In this document: positions 1 to 8,928 of the stretch, in pieces
Numbering within the stretch: position 1 is the first letter of the stretch
Layout of the letters: every line of letters begins with the position of its first letter
Assembly (NCBI GenBank): GCA_015228935.1
Contig: JADGCO010000005.1
Span: forward strand, 13,128-77,127
Direction: 5' to 3'
DNA from: Magnetococcales bacterium
GTDB taxonomy: Bacteria; Pseudomonadota; Magnetococcia; Magnetococcales; DC0425bin3
DNA length: 64,000 nt
The notes under the pieces: generated by a model
What the model was told of the DNA's origin: nothing
The model's database searches: none
What the model saw: the letters and a program-made list of their open reading frames with translations, nothing else
Program-made: the position numbers and the translations under genes

Positions 1-23
1 GGACAGTCCTGATCGGGGCTGCG

Positions 24-668
24 GTGTTGGCAGGTATCGGATTCGGCAGACCGGTCCCGGTGCAGGCCGATGCCGGTGTGGCGGCGGTCGTTTTTGGGGG
101 AGCCGTTCTGGCAACCGCCGTGGTGGCGGCCAACAGCCAGCCCGCCGAAGCCCAGACGGTCTACTATACCGGACGACCGGATTCCTATCCTCCCCCGCAA
201 TCCTTCATCTATCCGGCACCCGGTGGCTCCATGGCGGCGGGCTATCAGACCATGCCGGCCCAAATGTATTACAAACCGCCTCAGGCTGTGATCTATTCCT
301 CGGTACCCATGGCCCGTCCCCAACAAACTCCTCAGACGGCAGCAATGGCCCGGGATGATGATGCCATGACCGTCGGCTCCCTCAGCGTCTCCGGTCCGAA
401 TGCCCGGGGTGGTGTCAGTATGGGGTCGGTCTATTATCCCGCCTACAGCAACCAGGATCCGAGCGGCATGTCGGCCCCCTATGCTGTGGGGGGACCGGAG
501 AGCGGTGGTCCTCTGGTGGTCGGCAACACGCATTATGGTCCAGGATATCCGCGTGCCCAGGTCATGCCGATGGGGGCACATGGGGCAGGTGGCATGATGG
601 TGACTCCTGCATCCACCACCGGTCTTTATCAACCCGATCTGGCCACGCCTTACTCCATGGTCAGATGA
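24..668 (+). CDS. hypothetical Pro/Gly/Tyr/Met-rich low-complexity protein (5' end may lie outside window)
   Basis: 214-codon ORF. The frame stays open back to nt 3, so the start is uncertain. It has a hydrophobic segment (AAVVFGGAVLATAVVAA) followed by Y/P/G/M-rich low complexity. No catalytic motif recognised. Confidence 0.4.
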   Translation: MLAGIGFGRPVPVQADAGVAAVVFGGAVLATAVVAANSQPAEAQTVYYTGRPDSYPPPQSFIYPAPGGSMAAGYQTMPAQMYYKPPQAVIYSSVPMARPQQTPQTAAMARDDDAMTVGSLSVSGPNARGGVSMGSVYYPAYSNQDPSGMSAPYAVGGPESGGPLVVGNTHYGPGYPRAQVMPMGAHGAGGMMVTPASTTGLYQPDLATPYSMVR

Positions 669-689
669 TTCCAGGCAAAAGGCAGACGT

Positions 690-956
690 ATGCAACGCCG
701 CGAGACATTTTTCCGGTTATTCTCTATGATCCGGCGTTTCAAACCGGTCGTGCTGGTGGCCTTTTTCCTGGTCACCAGCCCGGTCCCGGTCCTGGCTGAA
801 GATTATACCCAGATCCTGGCCGACGAACAGGCCGCCCGTCCGGTTGTCTCCCCTCTGGTCCAGGTTATGCCGACCCTGGCCTATTATCCGGTCTATGTCC
901 CGGTTTATGCCCCGGTGACGACCTGGTACCCTGTTTCCCCAATGGCACTTAAATAA
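690..956 (+). CDS. small hypothetical secreted/membrane protein (YPV-rich)
   Basis: 88-codon ORF beginning 21 nt after the previous stop. It has a signal-like hydrophobic N-terminus (VVLVAFFLVTSPVPVLA) followed by YYPVYVPVYAPV. An alternative start is M13 at nt 726. Confidence 0.4.
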   Translation: MQRRETFFRLFSMIRRFKPVVLVAFFLVTSPVPVLAEDYTQILADEQAARPVVSPLVQVMPTLAYYPVYVPVYAPVTTWYPVSPMALK

Positions 957-995
957 GAATTTTCTTGTAACTATTCAGCCATCCCATTCAAAACG

Positions 996-1144
996 GTAAC
1001 TGTTCATCATCCGGCAATAAACCGGGGTCCAGAAGGCTGGCGACCGGACAGGTCCAGGACGGAATCCTGGTAGGGTTCGGGGCGAAGCCCTCTGACCAGG
1101 GCTTTCGTATTCAGGCTTTTCTTGAAAGGGTGCTGAATAGTTAC
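996..1144 (-). mobile_element. MITE-like element copy (149 bp, short-hairpin subtype)
   Basis: Terminal inverted repeats (TIRs) are GTAACTGTTCA at 996 and TGAATAGTTAC ending at 1144. Internally it carries CCAGGAcggaaTCCTGG and GGGTTCGGGGCGAAGCC. It is near-identical in layout to 19658..19815. An extra solo end (GTAACTATTCAG) lies at 967..978. Confidence 0.8.
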
Positions 1145-1438
1145 CAATTTTTCGATTATTTAAGTGCCATTGGGATCAAGGCCTCTTTTTGTATCCCAAT
1201 CAAATCTGGTTTTGTTATTTGGCACCCGAAGGGGTCTCACGTTATTATGTTGAAATATGGACAAATTACTAAAGATTATCAACGCAGGCGCGTTTTCGCC
1301 TTTCCGGAGTTTTATAAATCTTTTCAGAATCTTGAAACTGTCTTTCATGCCAAACAGGGTGCCTGGACAATTATAAAAATTTTTGAGAGCATACGCCGCA
1401 TGCAAGGAATACCGCTGTCCCCATTCTGGAGAAACTCC

Positions 1439-2290
1439 ATGTCCCAATCCCTGACCATCGATGATATCTGGAAACTCTTTCAGGAAACCAACCGGCTGTT
1501 CCGGGAAGCAGAGATCAGGATGGAACACGATCTCCAAGAAACAAGACGTCTGCTCCAGGAGTCGGACAACAAGTTTCAAGCCAGACGAGAACACGATCTT
1601 CAGCAAGCCAGACAACTCTCCCAGGAGGCAGATGCCAGACTGGAACGCGAGATTCAGGAAGCCAGACGTCTATCCCAGGAATCGCACGCCAAGCTGGAAC
1701 ACGATTTTCAGGAAACCAGACGATTCTTGCAGGAGAGCAGTGCCGAAACTGATCGGAGATTCAGAGAAACTGACCGGAAATTCCAGGAAACTGACCGGAA
1801 ATTCCAGGAAACTGACCGGAAATTCCAGGAAACTGACAAAAAAATCAAGGAAGTGACAACGCTGGTCGGCAGCCTGGGTGGTCGTTGGGGAGAGTTTGTA
1901 GAAGGTTTGGTGGCACCGGCCTGCGAGACCATGTTTGCTGAACGGGGAATTCCGATCCATCGGGTTTACCACAACTTGAAAGCTGGTCTTCCCGGTGGAC
2001 GCAACATGCAAATCGATCTTCTGGTAACCAACACCGACTCCGTCGCGGTCATCGAAGTCAAAAGCCGACTGACGAACGATGACGTGCGCGATCATCTCGT
2101 GCGCGTGGCTGAATTCAAGGAGTTTTTCCCCATGTACGCACATATGCGGGTCATGGGAGCCATGGCCGGCATCGTGATCGATCAAGGTGTGGATCGTCAG
2201 GTTATGAATGCCGGGTTTTACCTCATCGTCCAATCGGGTGAAACAGTCCAATTGGCCAACGAACCCTCTTTCCAGGCACGGTTCTGGTAA
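1439..2290 (+). CDS. coiled-coil protein with C-terminal PD-(D/E)XK (restriction-endonuclease-like) domain, DUF3782-like
   Basis: The ORF runs 1130..2290, but its first ~15 nt lie inside the MITE. The ATG at 1439 (MSQSLTIDDIW) is the preferred start and 1400 is an alternative. The N-terminal half is heptad-like (HDLQETRRLLQES variants). The C-terminal half has IDLLV...VIEVKSRL, which fits D...(E)xK. Confidence 0.6.
   Translation: MSQSLTIDDIWKLFQETNRLFREAEIRMEHDLQETRRLLQESDNKFQARREHDLQQARQLSQEADARLEREIQEARRLSQESHAKLEHDFQETRRFLQESSAETDRRFRETDRKFQETDRKFQETDRKFQETDKKIKEVTTLVGSLGGRWGEFVEGLVAPACETMFAERGIPIHRVYHNLKAGLPGGRNMQIDLLVTNTDSVAVIEVKSRLTNDDVRDHLVRVAEFKEFFPMYAHMRVMGAMAGIVIDQGVDRQVMNAGFYLIVQSGETVQLANEPSFQARFW
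1766..1845 (+). repeat. perfect 21-bp in-frame tandem repeat (3 full units plus a partial unit)
   Basis: The unit gaaactgaccggaaattccag occurs at 1766, 1787 and 1808, with a diverged partial unit from 1829. It encodes ETDRKFQ x3 followed by ETDKKIK. Confidence 0.95.
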
Positions 2291-3016
2291 TCCAAGCGTT
2301 TCAAAGATCACAGTTCAATCGCCAACCTGACAGGCGACGACATCATGATCCAGGCTGTATTGCATGTGGAGGCCATGCTGATTGTGTCGGCCACGGTTTG
2401 GTGACGCCCACCCGACCTGTCCACAACAGACTGGATATGAACACACAGTTGCGCTGGTTTCAAACTGTCTGGACGAATTGCAAAAACAATGATCATTGCC
2501 AAGACTGATCATGATCATCTTTGGGCCGATCTGTCCTGATGATTCTGGAACCTATGCAATTTTGCACGCATATCCGATTTGTTACAAACGGGCCGAATGG
2601 ACGTTACCTCCTCTTGGCCGGACCAATGATCATGGCCCAAACCGCTGGCTTCAAGGACCTTGGTGATTTGGAAAAATGGTACAGGTATGAGTCCCTATGC
2701 AGGAGAATAACAGGATGCTGTCTCCAAAATTATTGCAGTATTAATTAATAATATTTAATATATGCAAGTCAATCATGAAACAATGTAAGATAATAATTAA
2801 TTGACAATTGTCACCAGTTCGTTTAGGTTGATGGGCGATAGTAAGAAAGGACTCCTATAGATCGTTCTCAAGGGCCATGATTCTCGTTACAGCTATCGAA
2901 CGGCAACTTTTGTTCAGACCGTTTTATGATCGGTTGGCTATGTTAAAAAAATCGCGCACAATTCAGAATTGTTGGAACAGATTGACCCAAACGATGATCA
3001 AGACCAAAATTTTTAA

Positions 3017-3179
3017 GAGGCAGTCCATTAACTCTCGGATAAAAAAAATTGGGAAAAAAGATTTTATTAGGGATCCGCCCCAAACCCCGCCAGGAGGAAG
3101 GGCACAGCCCTTCCTCCTGGACCTCCATCCCAGTTTTTCATTCGTTTTTATTGAAATTAACAGGTTATTAGACAGCCTC
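3017..3179 (+). mobile_element. MITE-like element copy (163 bp, long-hairpin subtype 2)
   Basis: TIRs are GAGGCAGTCCATTAAC at 3017 and GTTATTAGACAGCCTC ending at 3179. The core has (degenerate GGATCCGCCCC)-AAACCCCG-CCAGGAGGAAGGGCacaGCCCTTCCTCCTGG (3090..3120) and then CCCAGTTTTTCA. It is collinear with 39448..39614. Confidence 0.75.
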
Positions 3180-3243
3180 CAAGATCATTATTTTTTTGAA
3201 CTTATTAATTTAAATAACGACAGCAGGAGATAAAGGTACAAAC

Positions 3244-3840
3244 ATGAAACGTAAAATATTTATCATCACTATAATTTTATCTGTGTTATCCCCATGGCCA
3301 GTGTATTCTGGGAGCTACAGAACACTTGTTGGTGGTACCGGGTCATCTCATAAGGGTGGGCACTACATAAAAAATACAAGCAAGTCTCCCCCAGCCGCAG
3401 TCGGCAAACAACCCTCATCCACAAGCTACCAGCATAACGGGAGTGACTCCTTGAGCAGTTACCAATATGGCGGGGGTGAATCTTCGATCGGATATTCAGG
3501 TGATTTTTCAAAAACCCCAATGACACATTATGACACTACCCCTCCCAAACAGAAAGCAAAAGGAACTTTTAAGGTTGTAAAGGATAACCGATTTATGCCT
3601 GCCATACAGGAAGTACCCACGATAAAAAGAGATGGCCATGGACATATATCCCGGAGTTCAAACCCAAAAGAAACTTTTGAACGTGCGAACCCATGCCCGT
3701 CAACCGGAAAAACTTCCGGAGCCTGTCCGGGATACGTGGTGGACTACATGGTACCACTCAAGCAAGGTGGTGCTGACGCACCCAGCAACATGCAGTGGCA
3801 AATGGTGCAAGATGCAAAAACCAAAGACAAGTGGGAATAA
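3244..3840 (+). CDS. secreted HNH-endonuclease-family protein, catalytic His replaced by Tyr
   Basis: Signal-peptide-like N-terminus (IFIITIILSVLSPWPVYS). The C-terminus CPSTGKTSGACPGYVVDYMVPLKQGGADAPSNMQWQMVQDAKTKDKWE matches the small periplasmic HNH family pattern CPGYVVDH(I/V)VPL..GGAD.PSNMQWQ. Codon 3745-3747 is TAC (Tyr) where His is expected. Confidence 0.6.
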   Translation: MKRKIFIITIILSVLSPWPVYSGSYRTLVGGTGSSHKGGHYIKNTSKSPPAAVGKQPSSTSYQHNGSDSLSSYQYGGGESSIGYSGDFSKTPMTHYDTTPPKQKAKGTFKVVKDNRFMPAIQEVPTIKRDGHGHISRSSNPKETFERANPCPSTGKTSGACPGYVVDYMVPLKQGGADAPSNMQWQMVQDAKTKDKWE

Positions 3841-4202
3841 ATGGAATTCCCAACTGTTCCCTGTTGAACCTCGTGTACACCAGATCTGCAATACAAAATA
3901 CAAGCAACGCTTGTTTGCGCTGTGAGACACACCTATGTACGCCAGTACATGATCACGCCGATGGTTATGCAAGCCCGCATAAAATGCCATTGTCCAATCC
4001 GCGAAATGCCTGCGAAGCTAAACCGGATCTGCAACATACTGTAATATTTATTTTTTCTGGACAGAAAATTCCCGGATGACAAGTCATGATCGTTTTTCTG
4101 AAATTTTTTCAGTGAAGAACCAGCCCCATGTGGCTAGACTCCGGCAATGCGGTGAATCGACCAAGTAAGCGAGGATTGGCTGACAGATAACGGACTCTGG
4201 GC

Positions 4203-5900
4203 ATGGAAGCGTTGGAGAAGCGATTGGAAAATCAGCAAGAGGAGAACGCACGTTCCGTTCCTTGGCAATCTGTTTTATTCCTGTTCATTCTCGCATTTCT
4301 GACTTGGTTTGCCTTTCTGGGGTATCGCGATCTGCGCGACCCGGACGAGGGACGTTATGCGGAAATTCCCCGCGAAATGGTGGCGACCGGGGATTGGCTC
4401 ACTCCCCGGCTGAATGGTTTCAAATATTTTGAAAAACCCCCCCTGAACTATTGGGGCACGGCCCTGTTTTATAAAATGCTGGGCACGGATCAGGGTGTAT
4501 CCAGGCTCTGGTGCGCGGGATTGGGATTTCTCGGCATCCTCTGGACCTTCTGGCTGGGACAACGTCTCTTCGGAACCCGGGAGGCCCTCTATGCTGCCCT
4601 GTTTCTGACCAGTTCCCTGCTCTATTTTGCCATGGGTCACATGCACACCCTGGACATGGGAACGAGTGTCTTCATGACCTTTGGCATCGGGGCACTTCTG
4701 CTCGCCCAGTCGCAACGCCAGAATCCCGGCCAGGTGCGCAATTGGATGCTTGTGGCCTGGGGAAGTCTGGCCGCCGCCACCCTCAGCAAAGGCCCCATGG
4801 GCGTGGTCCTGCCCGCCGCCGCAGTCACTCTCTATTCCCTCTGGCAACGGGATTGGGCACTCTGGCGACACCTGCACCTGGGCAAGGGCTTGTTGTTCTT
4901 CCTGTTGTTGACAGCCCCCTGGTTTGTGGCCGTCTCCCTGCGCAATCCGGAATTTCCCGACTTTTTTTTCATCCGCGAACACTGGCTGCGCTATACCACG
5001 ACCATCCACAGCCGCAATGCCTCCAATTTTTATTTCATTCCCGTATTGCTGGCCGGCTCTCTCCCCTTCATGGCCCGGGCCGTGACCGCCCTGGCCAGAC
5101 CGGCCTTTGCCTGGCGTCCGGCGGATGCAGGCACGTTTGCCCCATTACGCCTGCTGTGGGTCTATATTGTCTTCATCTTTCTGTTTTTCTCCCTCTCCAG
5201 TTCCAAGCTGATTCCGTACATACTGCCGGTCTTTCCCCCGCTGGCGCTGCTGGTCGGCCACCACCTTGTGCGCATCGATCCGGAAAATGTGCGCCTGGAC
5301 CTCCGCATCCTGGCCGTCATGACGGCCATTCTGGTTGGTGTGGCCATGCTGCCGGACATCATCGCCCATAAATCACGCCTGACGCCCGAAATTCTCGCCC
5401 AGTTTCGCTGGTGGCTCCTGGGAGGAGGCGGAATCCTGGCCGGCGGCATGCTCCTGGTGCGCCATTTTCAATACCAGGGCAAACAAGCCGTCATCACCCT
5501 GGCCATCACCGCCCTGCTCGCCTTCCAGACCATCCATGCCGGCTACCAGACCACGAGTCCGGTCTATTCGGCCCGCCAACTCGCCACGGCCATGGCCCCT
5601 TTTGTACAATCCGGCACACCGGTGTATAGTGTCGATTGCTTCTATCACTCGCTCCCCTTCTATCTGGGCCAGAACGTGACGTTGGTCCGCTACAAGGGTG
5701 AGCTGGATTTTGGCATCGATCAGGAACCCCAACACTGGATCTCCGGCATGGAAGCGTTCTATCAACAGTGGCGACAGGCACCACGGGCCGTGGCCGTTTT
5801 TCACCTCAGGGACGGTCTGTTCCAGCAGGCCCAAAAAGAGCTGTCACCCCTGCGGGTCATCTACCAGGACACCATCCGCATTGCCGTGGCCAAGCCATGA
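4203..5900 (+). CDS. arnT: ArnT-like 4-amino-4-deoxy-L-arabinose (undecaprenyl-phosphate-sugar) lipid A transferase, GT-C fold
   Basis: 565 aa polytopic membrane protein. The first loop, PDEGRYAEIPREMVATGDWLTPRLNGFKYFEKPPLNYW, is typical of the ArnT/PMT family. It heads the arn operon, and its stop overlaps the arnC start (ATGA at 5897-5900). Confidence 0.8.
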   Translation: MEALEKRLENQQEENARSVPWQSVLFLFILAFLTWFAFLGYRDLRDPDEGRYAEIPREMVATGDWLTPRLNGFKYFEKPPLNYWGTALFYKMLGTDQGVSRLWCAGLGFLGILWTFWLGQRLFGTREALYAALFLTSSLLYFAMGHMHTLDMGTSVFMTFGIGALLLAQSQRQNPGQVRNWMLVAWGSLAAATLSKGPMGVVLPAAAVTLYSLWQRDWALWRHLHLGKGLLFFLLLTAPWFVAVSLRNPEFPDFFFIREHWLRYTTTIHSRNASNFYFIPVLLAGSLPFMARAVTALARPAFAWRPADAGTFAPLRLLWVYIVFIFLFFSLSSSKLIPYILPVFPPLALLVGHHLVRIDPENVRLDLRILAVMTAILVGVAMLPDIIAHKSRLTPEILAQFRWWLLGGGGILAGGMLLVRHFQYQGKQAVITLAITALLAFQTIHAGYQTTSPVYSARQLATAMAPFVQSGTPVYSVDCFYHSLPFYLGQNVTLVRYKGELDFGIDQEPQHWISGMEAFYQQWRQAPRAVAVFHLRDGLFQQAQKELSPLRVIYQDTIRIAVAKP

Positions 5901-6868
5901 TACATTCCGAAAAAACTCCCGACATTTCCATCGTGATCCCGGTTTACAACGAAGAAGATGTCCTGCCGCACCTGTTTCGGCGTCTCTATCCGGTCCTGGA
6001 TGGCATGCACCGTCCCTATGAAGTGGTTTTCGTGGATGACGGCAGCCGCGATGCCTCGCCGATCCTGTTGCATCAGCAATTCAGGCAGTTGCCGGAAGTG
6101 ACGCGGGTGGTCATGCTGAAAAACAACTTCGGCCAACATGCCGCCATTCTGGCCGGCTTTGCCCACGCCCATGGCCGCTACGTCATCACCCTGGATGCCG
6201 ACCTGCAAAATCCCCCCGAAGAGATTCCCAAGCTCGTGAGCAAACTGGATGAAGGGTACGATTATGTCGGCACGATTCGGCGGCAACGTCGGGACCGGCT
6301 CTGGCGGCATGTGCTGTCCCGGCTCATGAACCGGCTGCGGGAGAGAGTCACCCGCATCCACATGACCGATCAGGGCTGCATGCTGCGCGGCTATGACCAG
6401 GCCATCATTCACATTTTGCGCGAATCGCACGAAGTGACCACCTACATTCCCGCCCTGGCCTTTCTCTATGCGGCCAAGCCAACCGAGGTGGTGGTGGAAC
6501 ATGAAGAACGCCAGTCGGGTCAGTCAAAATACTCCCTGTTCCGTTTGATTCAGCTCAACTTTGACCTGATGACCGGTTTTTCCACGGCACCGTTGCGCAT
6601 CTTCTCCCTGGTCGGCATCACCATCTCCTGCGCCTCTTTCCTGTTTGTCCTCTATCTCACCATCCGCCGGCTCATGATCGGACCCGAGGCCGAAGGGGTT
6701 TTCACCCTGTTTGCCATCGCCTATTTTCTTATTGGTATCATTTTGTTCGGTATCGGGCTGATGGGAGAGTACATGGGCCGGGTCTACCAGCAAACGCTGG
6801 CCCGCCCGCGTTTTCTGATCCGCACGGTGCTGGAAAAAAAATCTGCTGCGGAGTCGCCTGCACCATGA
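5897..6868 (+). CDS. arnC: undecaprenyl-phosphate 4-deoxy-4-formamido-L-arabinose transferase (GT2)
   Basis: Starts MIHSEKTPDISIVIPVYNEEDVLP, a GT2 signature, with DDGSRD and DADLQ motifs and two C-terminal transmembrane helices. The upstream part of ORF 5768.. is rejected because it overlaps arnT in another frame. Confidence 0.85.
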   Translation: MIHSEKTPDISIVIPVYNEEDVLPHLFRRLYPVLDGMHRPYEVVFVDDGSRDASPILLHQQFRQLPEVTRVVMLKNNFGQHAAILAGFAHAHGRYVITLDADLQNPPEEIPKLVSKLDEGYDYVGTIRRQRRDRLWRHVLSRLMNRLRERVTRIHMTDQGCMLRGYDQAIIHILRESHEVTTYIPALAFLYAAKPTEVVVEHEERQSGQSKYSLFRLIQLNFDLMTGFSTAPLRIFSLVGITISCASFLFVLYLTIRRLMIGPEAEGVFTLFAIAYFLIGIILFGIGLMGEYMGRVYQQTLARPRFLIRTVLEKKSAAESPAP

Positions 6869-7818
6869 CCGCCATGCCGAACAATGCCGTTGTTTTTGCC
6901 TACCACACGGTGGGTGTACGCGGCCTGGCAACCTTGCTCGCCCATGGGTTCAAAGTGCCGCTGGTGGTGACCCATCAGGACGATCCGGGCGAAAATCTCT
7001 GGTTTGACAGTGTGGCCGCCTGGGCCGACCGGGAAGGCATTCCGACCATCACCCCCGACTCGCCCAATCTGCCCGAAGTTCTGGACCGGGTGAACACCTG
7101 CCAACCAGATTTTTTCTTTTCCTTTTATTATCGCCACCTGTTGGGAGCCGAACTTCTCGCGGTTCCGACCCGGGGGGCCTACAACCTGCACGGCTCGCTG
7201 TTACCCAAATATCGCGGGCGCGTCCCCATCAACTGGGCCGTTCTGCACGGCGAACGGAAAACCGGAGCCTCCCTGCACCAAATGGTCCTCAAGGCCGATG
7301 CCGGGGACCTGGTCGATCAGGAAGCGGTCGCCATCCTGCCCAACGACACGGCCCACATGGTCTTTCAAAAGGTGGTTTGTGCCGGCGAGCGCGTTCTGCA
7401 CCGTGCCTTGCCGCGTCTGCTGGCCGGCAACGCACCGCATACCCCCATGAATCTTGCCCAGGGAAGCTGCTTCGGACGGCGGCGTCCCGAGGATGGCCGC
7501 ATCGATTGGCGTGCCCCGGCCTGGACGATTCACAATCTCATCCGGGCCGTGGCCCCACCTTATCCCGGGGCTTTTTTTGAGCATGGCCTCCACCGCATCC
7601 AGGTCCTGGCCAGCCACTATCGACAGGAACCAGCCCAAGGTCCAACATCAGAGTCACCACGCCTGTATTGGGAAGCCGGTCGTTGTCATGTCGATTGCGT
7701 CGATGGCGAGCGCCTGCTGCTGCCCCGACTGGCCATAGACGGACAACCGCTTGATGAACAGGAATTTTTGCGTATCCTTGGCTGTTCCGGCATATCTCTC
7801 GGAATGAACGGGCAATGA
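6865..7818 (+). CDS. arnA: UDP-4-amino-4-deoxy-L-arabinose formyltransferase (stand-alone ArnA N-terminal domain)
   Basis: Formyltransferase motifs are present: [36 protein letters not shown] overlaps link it to both neighbours. At 317 aa it matches the ArnA formyltransferase half only. Confidence 0.8.
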   Translation: MTAMPNNAVVFAYHTVGVRGLATLLAHGFKVPLVVTHQDDPGENLWFDSVAAWADREGIPTITPDSPNLPEVLDRVNTCQPDFFFSFYYRHLLGAELLAVPTRGAYNLHGSLLPKYRGRVPINWAVLHGERKTGASLHQMVLKADAGDLVDQEAVAILPNDTAHMVFQKVVCAGERVLHRALPRLLAGNAPHTPMNLAQGSCFGRRRPEDGRIDWRAPAWTIHNLIRAVAPPYPGAFFEHGLHRIQVLASHYRQEPAQGPTSESPRLYWEAGRCHVDCVDGERLLLPRLAIDGQPLDEQEFLRILGCSGISLGMNGQ

Positions 7819-8873
7819 CAGTGAAAATATTGATCTTTGGCGTCAACGGCTTCATCGGCCATCATCTTTCCCAGCGCATCCTGACCACCACACCGTGGCA
7901 TGTTTACGGCATGGACATGCATACGGATCGGGTAGAGGCCCATCTGTCCCACCCCCAATTCCATTTTTTCGAGGGGGATATTGCCATCAACCGGGAGTGG
8001 ATGGAGTACCACATCAAAAAATGCGATGTGATCCTGCCCCTGGTGGCCATTGCCACCCCGGCAGAATATGTACGACACCCCTTGAAGGTTTTCGAGCTGG
8101 ACTTCGAGGCCAACCTGCCCATTGTGCGGGCCTGTGTCCACCACAAGAAACGGGTGATTTTTCCGTCCACGTCCGAAGTCTATGGCATGTGTACGGACAG
8201 CGCCTTTCATCCGGATCAATCGTCCCTGGTTCTCGGTCCCATCACCAAGCAACGCTGGATCTACTCCTGCGCCAAGCAGTTGATGGATCGGGTCATCTGG
8301 GCCTATGGCATGGAAGAGGGTCTAAATTTTACCCTGTTCCGTCCCTTCAACTGGATCGGCCCCGGACTCGACAATCTCCACACCCCCAAGGAAGGCAGTT
8401 CACGGGTGGTGACCCAGTTTCTGGGCCACATTGCCCGGGGTGAACCCATCTCCCTGGTGGATGGCGGGCAACAACGGCGCTGCTTTACGGATATCGAGGA
8501 CGGCATCAACGCGCTCATGGAAGTCATCCGCAATCCACAAGGGGTGGCCCGCGGCAAAATCTACAATATCGGCAACCCGGACAATGATATTTCCATCCGC
8601 GAGCTGGCCGAAATCATGCTTGAAATTGCCCATGAATTCCCGGAATACCATGCCGGCCTGAAAAGTGTCCGTCTGGTCGATGTCCAGGCCAAAACCTACT
8701 ATGGCGAAGGCTATCAGGATATCCAGACCCGGGTACCCTGGATCGACAACATTCGCGAGGATTTGCATTGGGAGCCTGGCACGACCCTGCGGAGTTCCCT
8801 GCGCAAAATATTTGCCACCTATCGGCACGAGGTGGAACAGGCCGGTTCCCTGCTGGATGATTCCGGCAGGTAA
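7815..8873 (+). CDS. arnA: UDP-glucuronate oxidative decarboxylase (stand-alone ArnA C-terminal SDR domain)
   Basis: Rossmann motif [14 protein letters not shown]. The rest reads as an extended SDR with YSCAKQ (YxxxK). At 352 aa it matches the ArnA dehydrogenase half. Confidence 0.8.
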   Translation: MTVKILIFGVNGFIGHHLSQRILTTTPWHVYGMDMHTDRVEAHLSHPQFHFFEGDIAINREWMEYHIKKCDVILPLVAIATPAEYVRHPLKVFELDFEANLPIVRACVHHKKRVIFPSTSEVYGMCTDSAFHPDQSSLVLGPITKQRWIYSCAKQLMDRVIWAYGMEEGLNFTLFRPFNWIGPGLDNLHTPKEGSSRVVTQFLGHIARGEPISLVDGGQQRRCFTDIEDGINALMEVIRNPQGVARGKIYNIGNPDNDISIRELAEIMLEIAHEFPEYHAGLKSVRLVDVQAKTYYGEGYQDIQTRVPWIDNIREDLHWEPGTTLRSSLRKIFATYRHEVEQAGSLLDDSGR

Positions 8874-8928
8874 CCCTGACCCTGCTTCCGACCCACAAGA
8901 TCGATGATTCCGGAAGGCAACCCTGACC
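8856..8928 (+). repeat. 26-bp direct repeat (24/26 identity, 47-bp period) across the arnA(DH) stop and arnD start
   Basis: Copy 1 is gatgattccggcaggtaaccctgacc at 8856..8881 and contains the TAA stop. Copy 2 is gatgattccggaaggcaaccctgacc at 8903..8928 and abuts the arnD ATG. Confidence 0.9.

Noticed and set aside
2308-2748. Short ORFs (64-75 codons, both strands) between the coiled-coil nuclease gene and the AT-rich gap, including a Cys-rich 67-aa frame
   Set aside because: The candidates overlap each other, none has a ribosome-binding site, some start at non-ATG codons, and none has a recognisable motif. There is not enough evidence to call any of them.
5768-5896. Upstream extension of arnC
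   Set aside because: It overlaps the arnT 3' end in another frame and adds an Arg/Gly/Pro-rich non-homologous leader. The ATGA junction at 5897 matches the coupling pattern of the whole operon.
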